From Octopus vulgaris (Eukaryota): DNA of 64,000 nucleotides. The stretch is taken from positions 26,474,001 through 26,538,000 of the forward strand of contig OX597838.1 of assembly GCA_951406725.2 (NCBI GenBank), read 5' to 3'. The notes under the pieces were generated by a model. The model saw nothing but the letters and a program-made list of their open reading frames with translations. It made no database searches and was not told the DNA's origin. Positions 37,201-49,000 of this stretch are shown here, piece after piece. The position numbers and the translations under genes are program-made. Position 1 is the first letter of the stretch, and each line of letters begins with the position of its first letter.

Positions 37201-40059
37201 GGGACTGTTGCCATAGTAACAAAACTAAAGCACGCAGAGTAAAGTTTCTTGGCAAAGATTGACCTTGAACCTCTGCTGTGCATGGGTGGCACTAAGTTTT
37301 AACATTCTAGCTCACTTCTGTTTACAGCAGTGCTTTGAAGGAACGTGTGTAGCGTGTTATTGTCGCATTGACCATGACAGAGAAAGCTGTCATCCTGATA
37401 CCTGCTCAGAGGCCTATGCACAGTTGCAGAGAGTGTATGGGCCTCACACAAGTGTACAAGTGGTTCAGACGTTTCTTAGATGGCTGTAAAAATGTCGGTA
37501 TTGATGAACGTTCTGGAAGACTGGCAACCAGCAGAACTGAGAAAAATATCGCAGATGTGCATGCAGCTGTGAGGGGAAATCATTGATTATTACACACATG
37601 TGAGTGAGAACACTTTGAGATATTTTTGGTATCTAACATATGTCAGATACTGCGAGCGCTGCTTCTGATGACCCAAGGTCACAGTGACAGCACTGCTTCT
37701 GATTGGTCAATTCATGGTGATGACCCGAGGTCACGGTGACTTTTGTCATTCATAAGTTACAACTAAACGTGAAGAATTTAGTTATTGGGTTAATAAAATA
37801 TGGTCGTTTATTCATGTGTAATAAATAAAATACCAAACTCATTCCCTATGGATACCGTATTTATTACAACTCGTGGCTTGTAAACGTATCTAACGAGCGA
37901 AAGCGAGTTAGATACGTTTACAAGCCACGAGTTGTAATAAATACGGTATCCATAGGGAACTCGTTTGGTATTCTCTCTATCTCCGTCCATGAGTTATCAG
38001 ATGATGTGCAGATTAGTTATGGTTCAGTTCAGTCCATTATCACTGAAGATTTGAGTACGAGATGTGTGTCTGCCAAGTTTGTGCCAAAACTTCTTAGCTG
38101 AACTAAAAGACACTCGGGGTTTCAGTTGTGCAAAATCTCCTCGATTGTGTCGAGAACAACGAAAGCTTTTTGCAGACTTTGCATAGGTCTCTGATTAGGG
38201 ATTGCCAAGATTTGATGCAGATTTCCTGTTCAAATTTCTGTCATGGTCAGTGTGACGATCACATGCTACACACCTTCCTTCCAAGCAGTGCTGTAAACAG
38301 CAGAAATGAGCTAAAGTGTTAAAACTTAGTGTGCGTGCAGAACAGAGTTTGTGCCAAGCAGCTTCACTGTACGTGCTTTCGCTTTGTTACTATGGCAACA
38401 ATCCGGATACTTATTGATCAGACCCAGTATACTCAACATGCACACAACACATCCCACATGCATACATTGAGCTATTTTTCATTTGCCAACTCCACTGACA
38501 AACCTTTAGTTGTCTGGGAACTATAGCAGAAGGCATTTGACCTGGTTGCCATGCAGTGGAATTGAACCAGAAATCATGTGGTTGGGAAGCAAACTTAACC
38601 ACACAGCCATTCCTGTAATATAAATAGCATGATTAAAGTTTTTTTTTTTTTTTTTTTTTCCCCAAAAAAAATTTTCTCTTTTCAGACATCGACAGAATGC
38701 AAAGTGTGTCTGGAGCGAAGTGAAGCTGGGTCGCCAGTCGGGTCAAAAGCTAAACTGCAGAAGATGGAGTCTGTTCCGGAAAAGGCATCAGGTACAAACA
38801 CTACTCTTCCTTTTCAAGGCACAACCAATGAAAAACGAGTTACTAGGAAAATGGTTTGTAATGGTATGGCTGCAAATGGACACAGAACTAATGATCTCAT
38901 CACCACCAGTGTCCGTGGTGTCGTTGTGGAGAAGGCAGACGAGTCTCGTGTGCTACGGCTTTTGCTCAACAATACCAATAGCAGTAACTTGGTTCCAACA
39001 CCGACAAAGACCAGCTTGCTACGCATGAAGAAATTTTCTTTGAAACAGTCTGACATTGAAAATAGCCCACCTGGTTTTGTTGGTAAGCTTAATAAGGGAG
39101 GCAAGAAGAAAGAGAGCTTGCGACATCGTTTGCTGGCGCCGATCTGCTCCAATCTGATTGCTGACAAGAAAAAGAAGAAAGGCGAAATAAGGAATCGGCG
39201 CCGCTCTAGTTTAGTTTGCAATAAACGTACTTCTCTTGATATAAACAAAAAATATAATTTACGAAGCAAAAGATGATTCCATTTTAGATTAATTTAAACA
39301 GGAAGATTATACCAAAAGAATTAGGGGCTGTCTTGGGTAAATTGATACCAGAAAGGTTAATAATGTGTATACTATTTATGGTGAAATAAAACATATTTTA
39401 GAAACGTAACATTATGTAGCAGAATGAAATATTGTAATGACCGGGCAATTTGTACATTGTGAGCCTTGCAGCTACAGTGAACTAGAAAAGTTTCAATATC
39501 TGACAGCAGATGTTATTGACAAGGGTCAGATTTCATTACAATATTAAAACATTTGCAGGTCTTTCATTTTCCTTGGCTAAAACCACGTTCAACTAGTTTA
39601 AAAAGTGGCACCTTTTAGAATTATCATAAATAAGATATAGCAATTAGATTTGTCTGTGGATCCCAAATGTCTCATTTTTTTTTTTATTTGTTCATATCAA
39701 TCTCTAAACGTGATACAGACAAAACTGTTGTGGAAAACCAATATTATATACCATCTGAATCAAAGTTGCAAATTTTGTAGTTGGTAGTTTTATACAAGAC
39801 AATCTCAAATTTAGAGGAAGTGACGCAAAAACAAATGTCTTTAAAGCATCAATGGCCATGTTATTTCAGAAGCAGGGGAAGGTTCCTTTTATCATTATTA
39901 TTTAAACTTTTTAATTTTTCGAGATTTCTTTTAATTTGCTGGAGTATGTCGTGGATAATAATACTGAATTGATTGTGAATCTGTGTAATAACTACCTGAA
40001 TTATGATGAATGTCTGCAATCAGTCTGTTGTGGATGAGATGTGAGGACTTGAATTAACC

Positions 40060-40097
<38 letters not shown>

Positions 40098-43000
40098 TTT
40101 GATCAGAGATTAAATGAAAGCTGATTTATCTCTTACATATCATTGTCCATGATGTTTGGTGTTGACAGTGATGATGATTGTCGTGAATGTGACAGATTTT
40201 ATTGAAAGAATCAGAAATTATGGAATAAATTTGTAAAGGTCCCGGCAAATTTTTGTTGTCTTGTTCTTTTTTTTTTTCTTTTTTTGATTTGTTTTGTTGT
40301 ATTGATTGAAGGGAATTCATTTCCCCCCTTTGAAAACCAGAGAAATCTTCACCTGAAGTCAATACTAACCTAAACTTTTGTTTTGGTTTCAGGTGAAGAC
40401 CATTCCTGGCTGTTTGACCACACGGTCTCAATATGGTTTCAGTTTTTATTTATTTATTTTTCTCACTCCACCTCACGAGCATGTCTTGGCTTGCATCCTG
40501 GCCCAGGGTGGTGTTCGACAAAGGTGTAATCTGATGTCATGTGATACTAGACTGCACCTTGACCTTGGCTTTTCTCTCTCTCTCCTCCTCTCTCTCTCCT
40601 CCTCCTCTCTCTCTCCTCCTCTTTCTTCCTCCTTATCTCTTTTTCTCTCCATTTGCACAATACTCAGAGCCATGCTACAAACTGGAGTTTTGCCTCTTAA
40701 ATTTAATCAATACTGGAGCCAGGTATTGTTGTCATCATTGCTGTTGCTGTAATCAATACTGGAGCCAGGTATTGTTGTCATCATTGCTGTTGCTGCTTAG
40801 ACCCATAAACGTATGACCAAAGGTATTTTAACTGACCAATGTGTCATTTCCATTTTTAAGATGCTCAGGTGTGATTTGAGGGAAATGCAACTCCTAGCAG
40901 ATCAAGCTCCCTCCATTCTACAGACTCTATCTCTCGCTTGTATGGCTTAAAAGTTGTATTGAAAATGTGATGATTAATCTGTTTTGAGCAAGATCTTACT
41001 ACTATTTCTAACAAATCGAGTCCCCTCCCTACCATAGTTTCTCTCTGGTTGTCTTGAAAATATGGTGACCAAGGGGGGGTTACTTCTGTTGGGAACAAGA
41101 AAGAAGCTAGTGAGAGTAGATTATCTCCCCTTAACAGAAGCTAGTTTACATAAAACATCAGCATGAGAATAACGTATGTAGATCAGTGTTCTGCAAGCGG
41201 CATGCTGGGGTGCCACAAGGCGATGCTAGGTGTGCCACAGTGTAACCTGAATGTAATTTTTTTGTCCCCTATACTTTTACTTATATTTATTTCAAAATTC
41301 AGTGGCACACCTAAACTAAAAATATAAGTCTTGCAATTGAAAAAAAACCCAAAAGATTTGCAGAGCACTAATGCATGTGTGTTAGTTTCCCAACTGCTTG
41401 ATAACCAGTGTTGGCTTGTGACTTAGGGGTTACTGAGAAGAACGACTACTTTAAAAACTAATTATGTGTTATGGCTAGATTTTTATCTACCTGGCTGTGC
41501 GATAAGTAATTTGCTTCCCAACCACACTGTTCTGGGTTCAGTCCCACTATGTGGCACCTTGGGCAAGTGTCTTGTGAGTGGATTTGGTTGGCAGAAACTG
41601 AAAGAATCCTTTTGTGTGTGTTTGGCACCACCACAACTGCTTGACAGTTGGAGTTGGTATATTTACATCTCTGTAACTTAGTAGTTCAGCAAAAGAGACT
41701 GATAGAATAGGATCTTTCCCTTTTGACCGACAGATTTAAAAAGTAATTTTCTTTAAGTTAACACTTTCAAACTTCGGACATTGGTAGAATATGTCATAAA
41801 ATATCTTTTACTCTTAGCACTTTTGAGAAAAGTTATATTTGTCTTGCTGACAAATAACGGCAGTAATTTTATTCAGCTGAATACCCGTCATTGATTGTTT
41901 GAAATTACCAAAATATGAGAACTTTAGCGTGAAATAACTTCGTAAATATAAGTTTTTCTCAAAAGTGCTAAGAGTAAAAGATGTTTTATACGACACATTC
42001 TACCAGTGTCCGAAGTTTGAAAGTGTTTAGTTAAAGAAAGTTATTTTTTAAATCTGTAGGTCAAAAGGTAAAGATCCATAGAATAAGTACTGGAGTGGAT
42101 TGGCAGAATTGTTAGAGCATTGGGAAAATTCTTTGTGGGACTTGTTTCTGTTCTTTACATTGAGTTCAAATCCCACTGAGGTCAACTTCTCTTTTCACCT
42201 TTTCTAGGTCAAGTTGCAGCATATTTTATCTTTATGTATAAAAGTGAAGTTGTGTGAGTGTCTGTCTCCTACGATTTAGATTCCTAACTACTCCCACATT
42301 TTGCGGTGCAGTTAAACCAAAAGCGGGTATCTTATAGTCTTGGTTCATATTGAGCCCTTCTGGGTATTAGTGCGCATCTACGATTTAAAAAAAAATTTAC
42401 CACCATTTTTAATGCATTTTTTGCTATTATATAAGGGAAGTAACTCTCTAAAAATGCTTATATAGTTATTTCCCTTGCAACGCCGGGCGATACTGCTAGT
42501 AATGAATAAAAGAATTTTCAGTTTAGACTAGTATAAGGAAAGTGATGCCATCTGGTGTCTTTTTTTTTTTTTTAATTTTGGTTGTGTGGTTGCAATTGCG
42601 AACTCAATGAAAAAGGGTGCTTGTTGCTGCCAATAGCTGGACTGGAGGACAAAGGTTCGGCTCTCTAGTCCTTCTTGTCTTGCTTTACAGTTGTGAAACA
42701 AACCCTGTCTGGGGCTCTTAGGAGCCACCTGAATTCCTCTGGTACCAAGATGCTTTGCAGGATAATGGGTTACCATTGGTTGGTTTTTGTATCTGACCAA
42801 CAACTCTACTCCGAAACTGGCATGCGTCTGGTTACTTGTATGATTTGAGAGTGTCAGCTCAGACTGTTTTGTCATGCTTGGATTTTTTTCCCTTTTCCGA
42901 GCTGGATCCTGTGTACCATGCTTTCTTTGAGGATCCAGCTGGTGGGTGATGGTTTGTGTTAGTTGACAACATGCCACCGCAGAAATGGAGGACTGCCTGG

Positions 43001-46000
43001 GATGACCTGAGCAGATACTGACAAATGGTGGATGCTGCAGCGGCGCATTCCCTTACACCTGACCTGGGGGAAGGAGGAGGGCAGGATCCTCAAACCAGAG
43101 GCCTGGCTCCCAAATAGCTGTAGCAGATTGGACTTTGTTAAGGGCACTCAAAGACCAGGTAGTGATGCAAAACCAGCCTCTCCCCAGTAGGGTTTGAACT
43201 TACAAAAACAAATACTGCAAGGTATCACATCTGAATCTAACATTTCTGCCAGTCCATATAACTTAATAAAAGGTTATTTGTAAAAATTTATGATAGAATG
43301 TAACATTTTTGCCTCCCGTTGGAGACACCCCCAGGCTATATTCTTGATATTCCATGGAATTCACCACCAATTTGCGATAGTGATATTTTTTGTCTGAAGT
43401 CTCACATTACTGTAATTCAAACCACATTATCCAAATTTTAGGAATTCTACAGAACTTGGATATGAAAAGAGTATAGAATTTCTGTCGTTTCCTTCATTGG
43501 AGTGCTGTCCTCCATAAAATAATTTCTGTGAAAAAGAAGCAATTAATGCTTATACAAGGTGTTCAAAAAGTCTCTCCGCAGTGAATTTTTTCATCCTGAC
43601 TCTCCAAGATGCATTTCAAAACATGTGTAGAAGAGTCAACTTATGTATTGAAAATGAAGGACAACACCTCTTATAAAGTTTTTTAAAGTCTAATGTATTC
43701 TTTTGTAGTCTTATGCTATCTTAAAAATTATTTTGCTATAAAATACTTACTGCGGAGAGACCTATTGAACACCCTGTTTAATATAATCTGACACGTAAGT
43801 GCTGGTGTGGTAAGAAGTTTGTGTCCTAGCTGTTTGGCTCTGGGTTCTAGTCTCACTGCATGGCACCTGGGGCAAGTGTGTTTTACTATATTTTCAGGCC
43901 GACCGAAGCCTTGAGTAGATTTGGTAGACAGAAACTGAGAGGTGTGGGTATGTTTATTGTTCTGTGTCACCGCTTGAGAACCAGTGTTGGTTTGTTTCCT
44001 TCCCCATAACTTAGGTTTGGCAAACAAGACTGATAGAGTAAGTACCAGGCTTAAAGAAAAAAAAATATTGGGGTTAATTAGTTTGACTAAAAATTCAAGG
44101 TCATGTGCCATCATGGCTCCAGTCTAACCAAGGTGTCACACAGTGGGACCGAATCCAGAACCATGTGGTTGGTAAGCAAGCTACTTACCACACAGCCACT
44201 CTTAATATATATGCGTGTGTGTCTGCATCTGTGTTTGTCCCCCCATCATCACTTGACTACCTGTGTTGGTCTGTTTACATCCCCTTTAACTTAGCAGCTC
44301 AGCAAAAGAAACCACAGAATTAAGTACCAGGCTAAAAAGAAATGATAGTAAGTAATGGGGGTTGATTCATTCAACTAAGAGTTTGTCAAAGCAGTGCTCC
44401 AGCATGACCGCAATCTAGTGGCTGAAGCAAATAAAAAGATGGAGAAGATAAAAAAAATATGTATGTGGCACGTAAAAAGCACCATCTGAACATGGCCGAT
44501 GCCAGTGCCGCCTTCATTGGCTCCCATGCCAGTGGCACGTAAAAAGCACCGTCTGATTATGGTCAATGCCTGGCCCCTGTGCCGGTGGCATGTAAAAAAA
44601 AGCACCCACCAACACTCTCAGAGTGGTTGGCGTTAGGAAGGGCATCCAGCTGTAGAAACACTGCCAGATGAGACCGGAGCCTGGTGCAGTACGGAAAACG
44701 GATGTTAAACAATGATGTGCACTTGTGGTGGTTCCACATAAAATGCATTTGTGCCACTGCCATATAAAATGCCCTCTGCTGATGGCACATAAAAAGCACC
44801 CATGCTGGTGGCACATAAAATGCACCCAGCACACTCTAAAGTGATTGGCATTAGGAAGGGCATCCAGCCCTAGAAACCATGCCACAACAGACAGTTGGAG
44901 CCTGGACAGCTGTCCGGTTTACCATCTCCTGTCAAACTGTCCAACCCAAAGTTGGAGATATAATTCATAACCTCCTCTGAAATATTTAGGCAGAGGCATG
45001 ACTGTTTGGTAAGCAGTTTGCTTCCCAACCGCATGGTTCTGGGTTCAATACCACTGCATGACACCTTAGGCATGTATCTTCTACTATGGCCTCAAGCTGA
45101 CCAAAACCTTGTGAGTGGATTTGGGAATTGTTAGATGGAACTGAAAGAAGCCTATTTGTGTGTGTTTGTGATTGTCCCCCACCACTGCTTGACAACCCAT
45201 GTTGGTGTGTTTATGTCCCTATACTTTTGCAGTTTGGCAAAAAAGACCAATTGAATAAGTACCAGGCTTAAAAAAAAAGAAATAAGTATTGAAGTTGATT
45301 CCTTTGACTGTGGTAAGTAGCTTGCTTATCAACCACATGGTTCCAGGTTCAGTCCCACTGCGTGACACCTTGGGCAAGTGTCTTCTACTATAGCCTCGGG
45401 CCAACCAAAGCTTTGTGAGTGGATTTGGTAGACGGAAACTAAAAGAAGCCCATCGTATATATAAATATATATGCATGTGTGTCCCCCCCTACATCGCTTG
45501 ACAACTGATCCTGGTGTGTTTACGTCACCGTAACTTAACAGTTTGGCAAAAAAGACCGATAGAATAAGTACTAGGCTTACAAAGAATAAGTCCTGGGGTC
45601 GATTTGCTCGACTGAAGGCGGTGCTCCAGCATAGCCGCAGTCAAAATGACTGAAACAAGTAAAAGGGTAAAGGTGGTGCCCCAGCATGGCAACAGTCTAA
45701 TGACTGAACCAAGCAAAAGTAAAAGCTAATTAAAACACAGTGTGTAATTTCTTTTTAGAAATTGAGTCATATAAAAATTTTGGGTTTTATTTTATATTTA
45801 GGTGCAGGAGTGGCTGTGTGGTAAGAAACTTGCTTCCTAACCACATGGTTCTGGGTTCAGTTCCACTGCATGATACCTTAGGCAAGTGTCTTCTACTATA
45901 GCCTCAGGCCAACCAAAGTCTTACGAGTGGATTTTGTAGACAGAAACTGAAAGAAGCCCCTCCTCTGTGTTGTCCTCCTCCACCACCTCTTCACGACTGG

Positions 46001-49000
46001 TGTTGGTGCATTTACACCCCCATAACTTAGTGGTTTGGCAAAAATGAGATTGATAAAATAAGTACCAGGCTTAAAATTAAGTTGCAGGGGTCAATTTATT
46101 CAACTAAAAATTCCTCAAGGCAGTGCCCCAGCATGGCCACAGTCTATTGACTGAAACAAGTAGAAAAAAAAAGAAGGATAAAATTTATTGCCTTTCTAAT
46201 TTTCTTCATTCCTATATTAATTTTATCTCCCATTTCTTTCCAGAAGGCACCCAACCTGTGGAGAATGTTGCAGAATTTGAGCTGCGAGAACGTGCTTTAA
46301 TTCATGGTTACAATGCCGAGATAGCAAAGTACAAGCTATTGGTTCGGAAACTTCGTCAAGAACTTGGCTTTCGCAACACCAGTCACCTCTCGCCAAATAA
46401 AAGCTTACGTCCCGAACTCAGCAGTTGTCTAGAACATAATGAACTGAAGCAGTATTTACTGCGTCAGGTAAAGAAACTTCAAGACGAACTGGACAAAAAC
46501 TCTCAGTGTGTGTCTGAGTTGCTTCATGAACTCGAAGTTAAGAAGGCTGCAGAGACGGATTTAGAAGAGAGGTTAGAGAAGGAAGCGAAGGGACACCAGC
46601 AGGCCAAAGCTGCTGTGTCTGAGATGAGAGAGAAGCTGAAGAAAGTGAATGAAAGATGTCGTTCGTCGTCCTTCGAGGCAGAAAAAACTTATTTAACAAT
46701 CAACAGTGAGATGTTTGACAGTGGAGATTGTGTTCTGTCTTGCAAAGAGAACAAAGATGAGGAATTTGCTTTGGGTGTTAAGAAATCTGATGAAAACCAG
46801 TCTGAGCATAGTGATGGGAACAAGGAGGCAAGGGATAAAATTGTCAAGACGAAGAAAGAGGGTCCTCTTTTGAGTATCGAGAATCAAAATGACACGAAAC
46901 TGTCTGTGTTTGATAATCACAACTTGAAGGATAAAATAATTAATAAGAATAAGGAAATCTTGAAATTACAAGAGACACTGCTTTCATATTCAGAACTGGA
47001 CTCCAAATATCAAAAGAAAATTAAAGAAAATGAGGAACTTTTATGCGAAGTTCAAAAGCATGGAACTCTTGAACGTGATCTTAAAAAGAAAGTGAAAAAT
47101 TTAGAAGCAAAAGTAGAAAAGATTGTGGTGTTTGAAGTTGAAATAGAGAGCCAAGTTGCCATCATTAAACACCTTCAATCAGCGGTGGATGAGAAATCTA
47201 AATTATTGTCTGATCTTCAGAGTCAGAATGGTGGAGAAAGTCCCATGTTGAAACGGAAGATGGAAGAGATGCAAACTGTGATGGAAGGTTTGCGTGAAAT
47301 GGTCGACGACAGCACAAAAGAACTGGCCAAAAATAATGAGAAAATCGGTGATTTAGAAAACAAAGAAAAGATGGTGTCTTCTCTTCAGACAGAATTGGAA
47401 ACCTTGAAATCTTGTCAGAGTAGTTTGAAGTCTGAGGCTAAGATTAAGTCTGATTCTCTTCAGAGTAAACTTGATGAGTTGCAATCTGAGAAAGACAAGG
47501 TCTGCAAAGAAAAAAATTGTTTAGAGAATGAAGTGATTCAGCTGAAAGAGCTTGTTGAGAAGAAAACAGAAGAAATGTCTAGTTTGAGAACAGAGCTGAA
47601 AGCCAAAGACATTGAGAGTGAGAAAGAAAATGTATTGGTTATCAATAACTTGAAGAATACATTACACAATGCAGTAAGTGAACGGGAAGGTGTGGTGCAG
47701 GAATTGGCAGAAGCTAAAGAGAAACTGTTGGGAAAAGATGAAGAAATCTGCCAAATGTCCAAAAAGATTGAGGAATATGAGAAAAAATTAGAAGACTCAA
47801 AGACTGAATTGGAAGCTGTTCAGGAAAAGAAAAGTATTGAAAGTGATGCTCTGAATGATATAATTAACGAGATGAACAACAAAATAGCTAGCATGAACCT
47901 ACTGAAGGAAAAACTTCAGAAAGAAATAGTGAATGTTGCGGAACATTTGAAATCTTTGAAAACGGAACTGGCTACAGTTCGTCAACTGAAATTAGACATG
48001 GATGACAATGTGAAGAGCTATATGGCAGATCTGAAGTCTAACCTGAGTGAAATTACTGGTCTTACTGCAGCTGCCGCTCACTGTGATAAGTCGATGTTGA
48101 CCGATTTGGAGATGCTGCCTGAAAAGAAGGAAATTGAATCTCTGAATTTGAAGATAGTTGACTTGGAGAAAGATCTGGAAGACAATGTTCATGTGAGAGA
48201 AAATTTTATGATTGAAATTTCCTGTCTTGTGGCATCATTGAAAAATAAAGACCAACAAATAGAAAATTTAACCAAAGACAAAATCCAGGCATCTGAGGAA
48301 GAATCTTCAGAGAATAAAGTAAATCTTCTTGAAAGTGACGTTGGATCTGAACACACGAGGAATCGATTGTCCAGTGAGAAATCCGATGATCTGAGTTCAT
48401 CATCATCATCATCATCATCAGGTGAGAAACAGCACCATCAGGTGTCACCACCAAAGCAGGACAACCAGTCACCGCCACCAAAGAAACCAGCCCGTCAGTC
48501 GGCACCAACGAAGCCAAGAAGACAGTCATTATGTAAGAAACAAGATGGAGACACACAGACTTCTCCTGAGAAGCAGGACAGGGTTAAACAGACAACTCCT
48601 GAGATGCAAGTCGGATCCACGCAGACGTCTCCTGAGAAGCAGGAGAGACTTTCAAATGTGGTATGTAGAAAAATTTGCTGAGTTAGTAGTCTTAACCCTT
48701 TAGCGTTCAAATTAATATGTCATAAATGTGGAGGCGCAATGGCCCAGTGGTTAGGGCAGCGGACTCGCGGTTTCGATTCCCAGACTGGGCGTTGTGAGTG
48801 TTTATTGAGCGGAAACACCTAAAAGCTCCACGAGGCTCCGGCAGTGGATGGTGGTAATCCCTGCTGTACTCTTTCACCACAACTTTCTCTCACTCTTACT
48901 TCCTGTTTCTGTTGTACCTGTATTTCAAGGGGCCGGCCTTGTCACTCTCTGTGTCACGCTGAATATCCCTGAGAACTACGTTAAGGGTGCACGTGTCTGT

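Noticed and set aside
38814-39269. 151-aa antisense ORF (similarly 47538-48710 and 54614-55112)
   Set aside because: Shadow ORFs on the reverse strand of genuine exons, with no recognisable motifs or splice support.
46123-48681. 852-aa ORF as a stand-alone intronless gene
   Set aside because: Its first ~40 codons are SINE tail and pyrimidine tract with a non-ATG start; clear acceptor at 46243 and donor at 48661 place it in phase with neighbouring exons.
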